34,889 bases of DNA, taken from Salpingoeca rosetta. Taxonomy: Eukaryota > Protista > Choanoflagellata. The translations under genes were made by a program, and so were the position numbers. This document shows positions 17,735 through 34,889 of the stretch, one piece after another. How positions within the stretch are numbered: position 1 is the stretch's first letter; the number at the start of each line of letters is the position of its first letter. The stretch covers positions 607,552-642,440 of the forward strand of contig JAWQFM010000003.1 in assembly GCA_033442325.1 (NCBI GenBank), written 5' to 3'. The notes under the pieces are model-generated. The model saw only the letters and a program-made list of their open reading frames with translations. It searched no databases and was not told where the DNA came from.

Positions 17735-17949
17735 CTCAGAGCGTGGTGGGAGGGTGGTGGGATGGTGTTGTTGGTGGTCGTGTTGTTGTGTTGTTGTCGT
17801 GGTGTTGTCTTCTTGGAAGGTGTGGTTGTTTGTGTTGTGTTGGAAAAATGAAGGTTGACTGAATTCAGTTTACTACTATATTTCTGTGTGTCGCTGCTTG
17901 TGATCTGTCGCCCTCTGCCGCAAAGCAAAAGCCCAAGAAGACAACGACG

Positions 17950-18061
17950 ATGCCACGGCTCAGCTCAGAACAGGTGAGGTGTGGGAGGTTGTGTGCGGAT
18001 ACCGCCGACACGCTGCTGATGCTGCTGCTGCTGCGTCGGCTGCTTCTGCATCTGCTTGCGA

Positions 18062-18101
<40 letters not shown>

Positions 18102-19101
18102 TGTGACTGCTGCTGTCTCATGGCTTGTACTTGTACACGTGTGTCCCCAAGTTCCTGTCGGAGCTCGTGGGCCTGTTTGAGAAGGCAAGGGAAAAGGAGT
18201 CCAGCCGCGTCTGCATCACCGTCAAGAACCGTGCGTGTGTGTGTGTGTGCTTGTGGGTGCGACATCATGTGCGTGCGTGTGTGTGCGCGCTGATGTGCTG
18301 GTGCATGCGTGTGCTGATGTGCGTGCGCGCGTGTGTGTATCTCCCCGTAATATCCCCCCCCCCCCGTTGCCGACTTTCTACACAGACACACACGCACACA
18401 CTCACACTTGCTCACAGCCACACTCACACACACTCTCTGTCTCTCTTGTGTACATGCACCTTTCTTGTTGTGCTGCAGTGACGTCTGTTCCAAAACCCAA
18501 GAGCAAACGAAGCAAGTCAAAGAACCCCGGCATGCGCGTGCCCATCGAGGAGACCCAAGGCGTCCCCGCCTGCTTGTACCGCGCAACGCTCGGAACCAAG
18601 AAAATCAGCACAGTGGTGCGTTGGATGCATCCCACGCACATGTGGCCACACTTGTGTGTCCATGCTTCTTCTTCTCTTCTTCTTCTCCTCTTCTTCTTCT
18701 CTTTGAACTTGTGTGCTTCCGCATTGCCATTGCCGCCACATCAAATCTCCTCATGCTTTCCTTCTGTCACGCCACCAACTGCTCTGCAGGTTCGTGTGGA
18801 CGAGATTGAGGACTTTTCAGAGGTCAGTCTGTGCGGCAACCAACCCACGCTTCATGTGATTTTGTGTGTGTGCGTGTCTGTGCGTGTGTGCGTGTCTGTG
18901 CGTGTGTGTGTGTGCTTGTCAGGTCACGGGCACTCGTCTCACTTCCCCAACTCCTTCCCCCTGGCCCTTGTGTTGTGGCTTCTCGTCCTGCCGTAACATC
19001 GTGCGCAGGAGTACGCAACGCTGCTGCGAGCGAACATGAACGCACTAAAGAAGAAGGACCGCAAACGACGGAAGAAGAACACCGCCACAAAGAGCGAATG
19101 A
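17950..19101 (+). CDS. SRP14: Signal recognition particle 14 kDa protein (~121 aa)
   Basis: Exons 17950-17973, 18152-18230, 18479-18615, 18790-18822, 19009-19101. Translation MPRLSSEQFLSELVGLFEK...VCITVK...CLYRATLGTKKISTVV...FSEEYATLLRANMNALKKKDRK fits the SRP14 pattern. Confidence 0.92.
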
Positions 19102-19554
19102 TGGCCCCGTATGCGTGCGGGTGTGTGTGTGTGTGTATGTGTGTGTGTGTGCTTGTGTGCGTGCGTGCTTGCGTGCGTGCACGTGTGGTGTTTCCCTTGC
19201 ATTCTTGGTGTCGCTTGTGGCTTGTCTTCGTCGTAGAATGGAGCTGTGCTTGCGTGTTGTGTGTTGGTGCTGTGCGTTGTTACAGTGTCTCCTTCCTCGT
19301 TGTGAGTTTCTCGTGTGTGTGTGTGTGAGTTCCTCGTGTGTGTGTGTGTGCTGTTCTTCTGGCTGAATAGCAGTTGCAATTGCTTGGTTGATTGGTCATT
19401 GTTTGCTTCATTTCATTACATGACAGGCTGTACATCATCATCAATGCGCAGAGCGTGGCATCCTCTGCTGGCGCTTGTGGACTTGCGAGCGGTGGTGTGA
19501 TGGCGCTGTTGCTTCTCGCCGCCACACACACATACACACACACACACACACACG

Positions 19555-19600
<46 letters not shown>

Positions 19601-19658
19601 TGGGTGCACGCGTGTGCGGCATGTGCGTCTGCTCACCCTCCATTTGCAGCGCAACAGT

Positions 19659-22475
19659 TCAGATCCACGCCTGCCTTGCTGTTGTCGAGCCCAGGATTGC
19701 CGTTGCTCCACCCGCAGCACCCGTCGCTCCCATGTCCGTGGGTCCACGACTGTCTCCATCTGTGGCCTTGTCAGCCACGTGACAGCCACCCGTCGTGCCT
19801 GCCCAACCCACACTGCTGCCGCTGTTGGACGTGCTCCCCATGCTGATGCTGCTGATGCCAGTGGCCGTCCTGGCGGAGCCACCCCTTTTCGCCACCACTG
19901 TGCTCTCGTCACTGTTAACGTCATGTCCCACCACCACCTCTGACACGCGTGGCGTGAACGTGTGGTACGCTGACGGCGGCTGCCATCGCACGACCACCGC
20001 CACGACTCCCACCACACACGCGCCAACCACGCCCACCAGCGCCCACCGCCACGCGCTGCTGGCTGCACCTCGGGAGGGGCGGTGTCGTGGGTCGTCTGTC
20101 GCGTAACTGAGGGTTGGCGCGGTTGCCACCAATGCCATCAGCCGCTGTGTGGCTGTGTCGAGGTCGACGCACCCATCAGCCCCACTTCCGTCCACAACAT
20201 ACACCACTGCATGATCTTGACTTGCACCCGGCAGCACATACCACTGTTCTCTGCACGGCGTGTCGCTATCGACGCGACCCATGGTGCTGCTGCCGCCGCT
20301 GCTGTTGCTGCCGTCGCTGGCGTTGACGACGCGACTCACGTTGAAGGCTGCTTCGACCAGTGTTCGCACATGGTCGACACCAGCGAACGCGTTGCTGCTG
20401 TTGCTGCTGCTGCTCATGTGCGTGCTCGTGTGCGTGCTCGCTGCCTCTGTTTCATCTGATGCTGCTGTTCTTCTTGAAGCTGCTGTCACTGTCAACGAGA
20501 GTGTATGTCTTTGTCGCTGTGTCCAGTGCCCCTCGCACTCTTCTGCTCCCCACAGCGGACACGTGAATGAGACAGATGTAAAGAGCAGTGCGCGTGTTCT
20601 GTTGTGGCAGGCGGCGTGCAGCCACGCTCGCGATGCTCGACCCCGAGTGTCACCGCTGTCACTGCTGCTACTGCTGGGGGATTGTTGTTCTTGCTGCGCC
20701 CGCGTGGGTGCTGCGTGCGCATTGGCGGTGAAATAGGGCCTGCCACCCAAGCATGCGAACTGCAAACACGTGGGGACGGAGGACAGCATGCTGCTGGTTG
20801 TTGGCAGCCGTGGTGTGGCTGTTGTGTCTGATGTGATGGGTGTTTCGATAGCGTCCACACATCGCGAGGCGGTGCTTTGGATGGCAATCGATGCGAGCGG
20901 CCGTGTTGTCGACAGTGCCGAGCCAGTGTGGGGGTACTGGCAGCTGCCGTCCTGGACAACGACGGGGATGGGGCATTCGTCAGAAAACGGGGTGATTGTG
21001 CAGCGGGCCTTGTGTCGTCCGTTAGGGTGGCACACGGTCGCGTTTGCTGCCGGGCAGTGGCCAGGTGTAGGGCTACGAAGGCACACGCCAGGCTGTATCA
21101 CGCCACACCCATCGCCGGCGCCCCATTGCACAGCATACCCCACGTCAACTGGAAAGTACCACCCCGAATCCGCCAGCAGTGCCGTGACGAAGGTCGAGAG
21201 GCGCGCGTCTTCCCTATCTGCGCCCTCCCACCGCGGTCCGAGCAGCTCCCCGCCACCGAGCACGCGCTCCTCAAAATGCCGCCGTCCAGCAGCCGAGCTT
21301 GCCACGCCATCTCCGCTCCCCTCCATTTCAAGCGGCAGCCCAAACACCGGCGCCTCGTTCGTCGATGTGCAGCCAAAGTGGCGGCGAGCAGTAACCTGTA
21401 CCCGGGGCGTTGCGAGCAGGCCCACCCCACTGACTCGCGCCAACACGCCGTCGAGGGTTGGCAGCCCACCGGTGCCGACGCTGTATGGCGCGCACGTGAT
21501 GTTCTGCGTCACTGCGCCTTCCTGCCTGCTCATGGGACCCTCGTTACCGTTGCCGTTGCCGCCAAGGATGCTGGTGGCTGGATTATCGGCGGTGCTGCCC
21601 ACGTCTCTGCCTGTGTTGGCGTTCTGCCCCGTGTCGCACCGCAAGTATCTGAACATGGAGGATGGATCGAACACAAGGACGTGCACGAGCTCGTGCAGGA
21701 CGAGTCGTGCGACGTCCCACTGCTCGCTGCGTTCCGGTGAACGAGATGCTAGGTAGGTTGAGCACAGGCGAACGACGCCAGCTGTCGGGCGACCCGTGCG
21801 ATGCCCTCGCCGACAGACGGCTGCAGACGCCAGGATGGGCGGTGACGTGCTGTCGCTGCTGCTTGCTGTGTTGGCGCCGCAGTCCCGCTCCACGACGTAC
21901 AGGGCGAGGTCCGTGCGAAGCATGTGGCTGCTACCACAGGTTGTGTGGCTGGCAGGGACGTCGAGGTCACCAGGTCCTGTGCACGACACGGTCGCAGTTT
22001 CACCCTGGCCATCACATGTAATCCTGCCTTCCCAGACAAATCGTCTCTTGTTCTCTGGCAGCACTGTGCATGCAATGGAAGAGGTGAGGGCTTGGCGTTT
22101 GTGCATGTGCACATGCATGTGTGCTTGCTGTGTGTGTGTGTGTGTGCGTGTGCGTGTGCGTTTGTAGTTTCACAACATCGAGCAAAACGCAGTGGTAACA
22201 GTGACCATCTTCATCACACACACACCCCCCCCCCACACACACACACACGCACCCTTGAGCGTGGCTGCGACAGCGTTGATGGCATCCTGGACCGGCTGCA
22301 CGAGCCACTCGTGCTGTGGCAAGAGCGAGAACGATGTGTTGATGCTCATGGTCACAAGATCATTGCGTGTGAAGGTGATCGTCGCACCCGATCCAGTAGC
22401 AGTTGCGACCAACGGCACCCAAACAGCCGTCGCAAACAGCACAGCAAACACACAGTTCCCAGCATGCAACAGCAT
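19659..22475 (-). CDS. Leishmanolysin/invadolysin-like (peptidase M8) zinc metalloprotease, predicted type I membrane protein (~875 aa)
   Basis: Exons 22475-22253 and 22063-19659. Signal-peptide-like N-terminus. M8 motifs RPTAGVVRLC, LHELVHVLVF (21681-21695), TPRV..TARRHFGC, LEMEG, HFEERVL, STFVTALLADSGWY, WGAGDGC, DECP. Transmembrane segment WALVGVVGACVVGVVAVVV at ~19985-20045. Confidence 0.88.
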
Positions 22476-22624
22476 CCTGCACCCCTGTGCCCATGTGTAT
22501 GCCGGTATCGTGGTATCGTGGCACGACTGGCACTCACGTCACAGCGTTCTTGCCGTTGCACTGCCACGCAAAAACAAAGCACAGCACACACACAAAAAAA
22601 AAGAAGGATTGTACGCGAAGGGTG

Positions 22625-24186
22625 ATGGCAGGACCAGCTGTTTTGGTGGCGAGACACCACAACAACAAGAAAGCAAGCAAGATGTGGTGTGTGGGTTGGT
22701 GGGCGTGCTGCTGGTCGTTGCCGCTGCTGTTGCTGTTGTCGGGGCCGCAGACTGTGCAACCAGCACCGATCCCGCTGATCTTGGACCACAAGAACATCAT
22801 CATGACCCTGCATGGCCTCATGGACCACGCCGACCTCCCGAATGTCATTGTGAGTCGGTGGTTGTTGCTGTTGTTGTTGCAGTTGTTGCTTTCTGTGCGC
22901 AAGGGATGCGCGATGTCCAAAGGTTGGGCCACTCACTGCATGCGGCGCTGTGCGCATGTCCATACCGATACCTAGTCCACGCGCTGCTGCCTCCGCCCCT
23001 CACCCCATTGTCCTTGTCCTACCACACTGGCATGCATATGCATGACGCCTGACAGATGCAGGACAGGGCGGAGGTCATTGGCCGTGCACGTGTGTTTTAC
23101 GACGCGCTTGGGGACCACAGCGACAGTCCAACCCTGGCCTATGCCAGCATGGACCTTGACGGCAACGGAAGACTCAAGCTGAGCGAGGCGGTGCTCTGGA
23201 CTCTCGCTGCAACCGACGCCCTTGCAGACATGGCCAACGAAACGGCCACTCTCGAGTTTCAGCATATGGCGGACGGCAAAGCACGGCTTGACCCCTCGCT
23301 GGTCAAAACCATGGGCACGGTGCAGTACAGCGCCAACGCGTTTGACCATCTGTTTGAGGCCATCGACGCGGACCGCGATGGCATGTTCTCGCTGCAGGAG
23401 TACGTGCTCTTTCGCTACCCAGACTACAGCGACACGCTGCGAGCTGTGTTTGCAGATCGCTTCCTGGACCAGTTTGACACGGATAAGAGTGGGTCCTTGT
23501 CACTGAGTGAGTTTCTCAATGGCACCCTGGTCATCCAAGCACCGGATGCGTCTCCATACAGCGCGCAATCGTACGACTACAGGTATGGTGAACGCGGGAG
23601 GGGAGGGGGAGCAGACAGTGCGTGCGTGTGTGCGTGCGTGTGCGTGCGCGAGTGTGTGCGCGAGTGTGTGCGCGAGTGTGTGCGCGAGTGTGCGCGAGTG
23701 TGTGCGCGAGTGTGTGCGTGTGTGTGCGAGTGTGAAGTAGTTATGTGCGCGCGTGTGTGTTGTGTACGCGTGCATGCTCGCTGTCGCACACATGCATCCC
23801 CGCACAATCACAACGCTACTTACTATCAGCACGGCCCCTCTCACGTCACCATATCACCCCATATCACTCCTTATGATCCCACTGTAGGAGTGAAAGGGAC
23901 ACCGTCGCTCGCATGTTTGAGGACAGCCTGGACACGGTACGCTGCTGTGCATGCTGCTCTGTTTGAGGCGAAGCAAAAGCCTGCGCTGCACCGGTCCATC
24001 CATCAACCCATCCACCCACCATGCAGACACACAGCGACATGTACACAGACACATGCACACGATACACACCGCACTCGTTTCAACTGCGCGTGCGTGTGAC
24101 AGAACCACAGCGGGGAGCTTGAGAAAGATGAACTGGCCGCCATTCTACACCCTGCCCATTTTTCCCACAGCGTCCACGAGGTCAGT

Positions 24187-24248
<62 letters not shown>

Positions 24249-24982
24249 CACACACATGCACACACACACACACAGCACACACATGCACACACACACACAC
24301 ACAGACACACACACACACCGAAGCAATTTGAGTTACTTGCGCACGTCTTGGTTTGTTGTGATGCCGTGTCAGTTGTCATTTATCCAAACCTTACGCGCGA
24401 CCTTTGTTCTGTATCCAAAAACGCCGAATGACTGCAGGCTTATGCGCTCTTTGTCAAGTGTGATGCAAACGGGGACCATGAGCTCAGCCTCCAGGAGCTA
24501 CAGGGCTGCCAGGAAACGAAGCCATTTCTTCAACGGTATGGGGACGTGCATGCGTGTATGTATGTGTGTATGTTTGCGCGTGCGTGTGTGTTTGCATGCA
24601 TGTGCATGCATGTGCATGCGTGTGTGTGCATGCATGTGTGTATGTGCATATGTGTGTGTGTGCATGCATGTGTATGCATGTGTGTGCATGCATGTGTGTG
24701 TGTGTGCATGTGTGTGTGTGCATGTGTGTGTGTGTGTGTGTGTGCGTGTGTGCGTGCTATATGCTCAAAGGCACCTATTGCGACTTCTTCCCTATGCCAA
24801 TTCCCCCCAAGTTGCTTGCCGTTGTTGCTCGACAAGAGTCTTGGGACTCACACGACAGTCCTTCTTGTCCCAGGCATTCGTTGGTGCATGTGAGCACGAC
24901 CCAGGTTGTTGAGGATGTGTATGGACGTATGGGCCAGCGGTTACGTCGCCTCGGCCTGGCTCACATCCACGATGAACTCTAG
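22625..24982 (+). CDS. CREC-family (calumenin/reticulocalbin-like) ER-lumenal EF-hand Ca2+-binding protein with C-terminal HDEL (~361 aa)
   Basis: Exons 22625-22849, 23056-23582, 23888-23936, 24103-24180, 24438-24535, 24874-24982 (alternative ATG at 22682). Hydrophobic signal [13 protein letters not shown] loops [60 protein letters not shown]. Ends in ...HIHDEL*. Confidence 0.88.
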
Positions 24983-25150
24983 CTAGAGGGGAGCAAGCAA
25001 AGGAAGCGAGGGAGTGGATGGAGTGGATGGTGGCAGAAGGACGTCAGCAGATGGATGTGCTCCTGCTTTGTGCTTCTGCTTGGTGACATCCGATAATTAG
25101 ATAAAATCATTTGCCATTTTTCTACAACCGACCCAGCATCGACAGCAGCG

Positions 25151-29775
<4,625 letters not shown>

Positions 29776-30147
29776 AGCAGCCTCGGTCCGTCTGCGTGTG
29801 TGCGTGTGCGCGTGTGCGCGTGTGTGTTTATGGATGTCGAATTCATCTGCACACCTGCGTCTTCAAATGCAATGCCGTTGTAATAATTGTCACAGCATGC
29901 TCTCTTTGCGGTGTTGGTTTACTTCTCACGTTGCAGCGACCGTCAAGACACCACATCACATCACACACACACACACATTTCTGTGGCACAAGTAAACGAA
30001 GGCAAACCGAAAGCAAAACTGAAGAAGCAAGCTGTGGGTTGGTTCGCAGCACATTCAACCCACACATGACAAAGGAAACAAACACCATCTTCTCAGCATA
30101 ACACGCGCGAACGTATGACACCACCACCAGCCGTTGTCTCGGTCCAG

Positions 30148-30264
30148 CTATGCAGGTGGCGGTGGTGGCGGTGGAGGAGGAGGTGGTGGTGGCGGCGGTG
30201 GCGGTGCGCCTGAGTTTGCTGTGTCTGGCTGTGGGGGAGGAGGTGGAGGGCCACCATCTGAACC

Positions 30265-30297
<33 letters not shown>

Positions 30298-32316
30298 CTG
30301 TTGCTGCTGCTGATCTTGCTCACCGGGTTGCTGCTGGTCAGTGCCAGCCACCGTCTGTGTGTCTGTCTCCTCGGCGGCCTCCTCGGCGGCGGTCTTGTCC
30401 GCACGGAAGAAGATGCGTGCACTCGTGATCGAGTAGAACAGCATGTCCATCTCCTGTACATGCGCGTGTGTGTATTTGCGTGTGTGCGTGTGTTTGCGTG
30501 TGAGGGGATAGCAAGGACAAGATGGTGGAGTAAGAACAAGCGACCACGCGTGCATAGATGCAAGTGTAATTGCGTGTGCGTGCGCGTGTGTATGTGTGCG
30601 TATGTGTGTATGTTGGCACGCACGAACAGCGCACCCGTTCGTATCGCTCGATGCGCTTGAGGGACAGAGAAAGGGCTTCCTGGTACTTGTCATCAGCTCG
30701 TTTGCTTGTCCTTGACTCCTGCGTTTCAGCCTGAACCAAGAAACGAAGATTGAACAATAAACAGCCGGCGCACGTGTGCTATCAGCGCATCATCACCGCA
30801 CGGGAACAAGCAAGCAAACACACACACACACACAACACGACGCACAACACACACACACACAACACGACGCACAACACACACACACACACACACAACACAG
30901 CACATGGACACACGCACATATACGCACACACACACTCACACGCTACCAGCGAAAGAAAGGAAACAAACGAGCAACCAAACACAGAAACAAGCAGAACAAT
31001 CAATCCAGCAAGCACAGCAGCCGTACCCGCTGCTTGCGGTAGTGGGCCTTGCACTGCTGGAACCAGTGCAGCGCGTCAAAGGCCTCATATTGATCCAGGA
31101 CCTTGAGGATGTATGCGATGCCTGACGACAGATGACACAGACAAAGAGAAACACGCGTGGGCAGGTGGGAAGGGATCTCTGGGTGAGTGCAAATGGACAG
31201 TGGTCGACAGGGGAGGAAGGAGAGAGCCGAGGATATGCAGCTGCAGCAGGACGTGCGGTGATACCACTGCCAGCATCAAGACCATGCGTGCGTGCGTGTG
31301 TGTGTGTGTGTGTGTGTGCCCTCGTACCCATGGCAAAGCCGTCGTCAGTGAAAGCAGCACCCTCCTTGTTCTTCTTTGTGATGCGGTCCTTGGCGCTGAT
31401 CATGTGCTCAACAAAGGTGATGGTCTACATATCACACCGCACATCCAGCCACACAAATGGCATGTGAGTTTGGCACATGTGGCACAGACAACAACGAGCA
31501 CTCCATGGTGTTTTTCGCATATAAATAGAGAGACAGACGGGAGACATCCAGCCACGCACACACAGACGCATGACACACGCTGTGTCCACGTCATTCAAGC
31601 AAGCATTGTGTTGCTGGCAGCGTACCAATGCCGGCACAATGATGTAGAAGTTGCCGAGATGTTTGTTCTTGTCGCTGCGCATGGGCTTTGCAAACGTGTT
31701 CACCAGCATCTATATGTTGATTGGCACGCAGAGAACAGGCAGGCATGAGCAAAGGCAAAAGGTGCCAAACATCAAGGGGGTGACAGATGAGCGACCAGGT
31801 ACTTCAGACAGGTTACACACCAGGACACAATGGCAGGCAAGACAGGCGCGCACACCCACCCACCCACACGCACGCACGCACACTCACACACACACCCTGA
31901 AGTAATCTGTGCCCTCTGCGACGTTGCTTGCGAGGTTCTTGAGAACGCTGTCCAGGTTTCGGGCGGCGCGTTTCGTCTCCTCAGAGACCTGTTCGTCATC
32001 AAGCATCTCCGCAAAGCTTGGGATGTCCTCCAGATCCGGCACAAAGCGGATGGCGTTTGAACACATGTTCAGCCCACCAGAACGCAGCATTCGGATGTAA
32101 CCCATGCCGTTGCCTTGTTGGTTTGTGCATTTTGTTTGGGGGGGGGGAGAGGTGGAGGCGTGGATGGATTGGGTCAAGGGGTGAATAAGAATGATGGTGT
32201 TACACACGCGCGCTGATCAAAGCGATATGCACACAGACACACACAGACAGACACAGACACAGACACACACAAACACAGACGCAGACACAGACACAAACAC
32301 ACACACACACACACAC

Positions 32317-32368
<52 letters not shown>

Positions 32369-33041
32369 AAAGCGGCGTGGCGCACCAATCTCGGTAATGA
32401 GGTGGCGGAACTGGTCAAGGCAGGACTGCCCCTTGGAGTTGACGCCAAGCTGGCGCACGGCCTTTGTGAACTTGAGGGCGCGCTCAAACGGATACTGCTG
32501 GTCCGTCTTGTTGCGGATCTCGCGGTAGTACTTGATGTCCTGCGCATGCAGCACGTGGACGTGGACGGGAGAGGAGGAGGGGATTGAGAAAGAGAATAGG
32601 GGAAGAATAAGAGGAGGAGGAGGAGGAGGAGGAGGACATAGAAGGGATGATGGTGAAGGAATGCCATTACGCCTTGGGGCATGCAAATAGACAAACGCCG
32701 AGCGAGCGGCACAGACACAGACACAGACACACACATACACAGACACACGCAGACACAGGCAGACAGACATACACACACATACACACAGCGCCAAGTTCAC
32801 GGACCTTCATGAGCTTTGACTTGATGTGATCGTCAAAGAGGAACATGGAGAATGTGCGCAGCTTCTTGCTGAGGAACTGGTAGGTGAAGTTGACGGCGGT
32901 GTTGATGATGCCCGTGCCGTGGGTGCGGATGGAGTTGGCAAAGTGCTGGATGTTGATCGTGTTCAGGAACTTGTTCTTTGACGATTTCTCAACGAAAATC
33001 TGTGTGTGTGTGTGTGTGTGCGTGTGTGTGTGTGTGCGTGC

Positions 33042-33109
<68 letters not shown>

Positions 33110-34625
33110 GAGTGGTGGAGGAGGACGCGGGCGCTGTATGTGTTGCATCAAAGCAAAAGGGCATACACATGAAGACTGCACACACACACACATACACACA
33201 CACGTGCGCATGCACCATACCTGATTGTTCAGGTTGTAGTTGTACTTGACAACAAACATGTGGATGTTGCGGAGGATTTGCAACACATCCAACCCCTGTA
33301 GCAACGACAATAGGAGTGAGCAACGCAAGTGCAAAACCGTGAGAGACAGAGGGGGGAAGACACCAAAATGAATGCAGCAAACTAGGCATGGTGCCTGCAA
33401 CACCAGCACAGCCAAAAAAGGAGGAAGAGAGATGCGTGTGTTAATGAATGAAGACGAAGAAGCACGCGCAACGCATTGAGCCACACACCTGCTCAAGGGT
33501 TCCGCTGGGAAGATGGGACTCTTGCAGACTCAGCCCGTACTTGGCCTCGGCAAGGATCTTCATCTGTTGACGCGGGTGGCGGGAGGAAGGTGGATTGACA
33601 GTTGGGGGAGGGAGGGAGGTGGAGTGCGGCGTGAGATGATTCCATCAAGGAAAAGCAGGAAACGGTGTGGCCTTTGAGGCGTGCGCAGCAGACACCAATG
33701 GTGGCAAAGAGGAGGGGGAGGAGGAGGGGAGGAGGCAGAGCAGTGATAGATAGGGCGTGTGCGTGTCTCTTCCACATCAACAAACAAACAAACAAACAAA
33801 CAAACACACACACACACACAGACAGAGAGGGGTCCAAGTACTGTACCTGTCCGTAGCTGCGCCAGTCATGGAGGGCCACGGTGGTGATGTTGTAGAAGGT
33901 TGTGTCGAGGTAGTGCGTCACTTCCGTCTTCACATTCACCGTCAGCCCATCAAAGTTGATGGGCGACAGCTGAAAGCGGTCCACAAGCCATTCACGCGAG
34001 AAACACACGCATGTGAAGGGAGTCAGGCAACGGTTGCATGCAGACACACACACACACACACACAGACGCACCCAAGTCGAAACAAACAGAACATGAGCCG
34101 CAAAGTAGGTAATCTAATGTTCACGCTAGCAGTGGATTTGGGGGAGGAGGAGAGAAAAGCGAGGCGACAAAGCAAAGTGCATTGAGAGTGCGCCACTCAC
34201 GTTGATGAATGGGGTCAGGTCCTTGACCTCTGACTGCAGCGGGTTCTTCTCTTCTGATTTCTGCACGTGCACACGCGCGCGTGTGTGTCACGATGAGACA
34301 GTGAGTGTGAGAACAATCGGGGCACGACGAATGCAGTGTAACGAGCGGATATTGAGCCGAAACATATATACACACACCCGCACATTGATGACAACAGGCA
34401 CTCATCAAGACTGCAGTTCATCAGTGAGAGCGTGAACACACCGCAATCACATCTGTGAGGATCTGGAAGCGGAGGTCTGTCTCAATGTCCTCGCACAGCG
34501 GTGTGATCACATGTTGGCCTGAACACATGACGGAGGTCGAGGTGTGTGTGAACGAAGGAAGCAAGGTGAATGAGGGAACAAAGAAGTAGAGGTGGTGCAG
34601 TTGCATGAGACCAGGCACCGGTGAC

Positions 34626-34712
<87 letters not shown>

Positions 34713-34808
34713 GTGTGTGTGTGCATGCGCGCGTGCTCGTGATGGGGACGCACGGAAGAGGCCGAGGAGTTCGTCCTTGAACGGCTGCACGAGCGGCTCC
34801 TCCGTCAC
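30148..34808 (-). CDS. WASHC4: WASH complex subunit 4 (SWIP/KIAA1033), 3' part; the gene begins beyond the window end
   Basis: Exons 34808-34754, 34518-34442, 34260-34201, 33969-33847, 33563-33489, 33295-33221, 32999-32805, 32539-32386, 32113-31896, 31709-31626, 31424-31328, 31121-31027, 30730-30635, 30453-30148. Motifs [112 protein letters not shown]. Confidence 0.93.
34628..34710. repeat. (GTT/AAC)n microsatellite in a WASHC4 intron
   Basis: Pure GTT run between exons 34808-34754 and 34518-34442. Confidence 0.9.
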
Positions 34809-34810
34809 CT

Positions 34811-34887
<77 letters not shown>

Positions 34888-34889
34888 AG

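Noticed and set aside
20770-21756. 328-aa and 287-aa plus-strand ORFs opposite the M8 protease
   Set aside because: Shadow ORFs of a GC-rich exon; the minus frame carries all the M8 motifs.

Overview
Eukaryotic, gene-dense and intron-rich nuclear DNA. Introns are GT-AG and filled with (CA)n/(GT)n and (CAA)n microsatellites, and exons are GC3-rich. The style and gene content suggest a choanoflagellate such as Salpingoeca rosetta (inference only). I reconstructed 11 spliced protein-coding genes by hand and checked that exon phases add up. In order: a partial C2H2 zinc-finger gene that may be the 5' end of a Mutator-like element (-); GDP-forming succinyl-CoA ligase beta SUCLG2 (+); a 7-transmembrane receptor-kinase fusion (-); LEO1 (+); monofunctional DHFR (-); a MORN-repeat protein (-); SRP14 (+); a leishmanolysin-like M8 metalloprotease (-); an HDEL-ended CREC EF-hand protein (+); a BRD7/9-like protein (+); and the 3' part of WASHC4/SWIP (-). 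The most unusual item is the 7TM-kinase: a complete SAM-like domain sits inside the kinase between the catalytic loop and the DFG-equivalent (DLE), and no C-lobe follows. Second is the BRD7/9-like protein, which has a degenerate Asn-less bromodomain and a C-terminal GATA-type zinc finger. Most entries in the ORF track are microsatellite or antisense artefacts. All family assignments come from motif recognition by eye; no searches were run.
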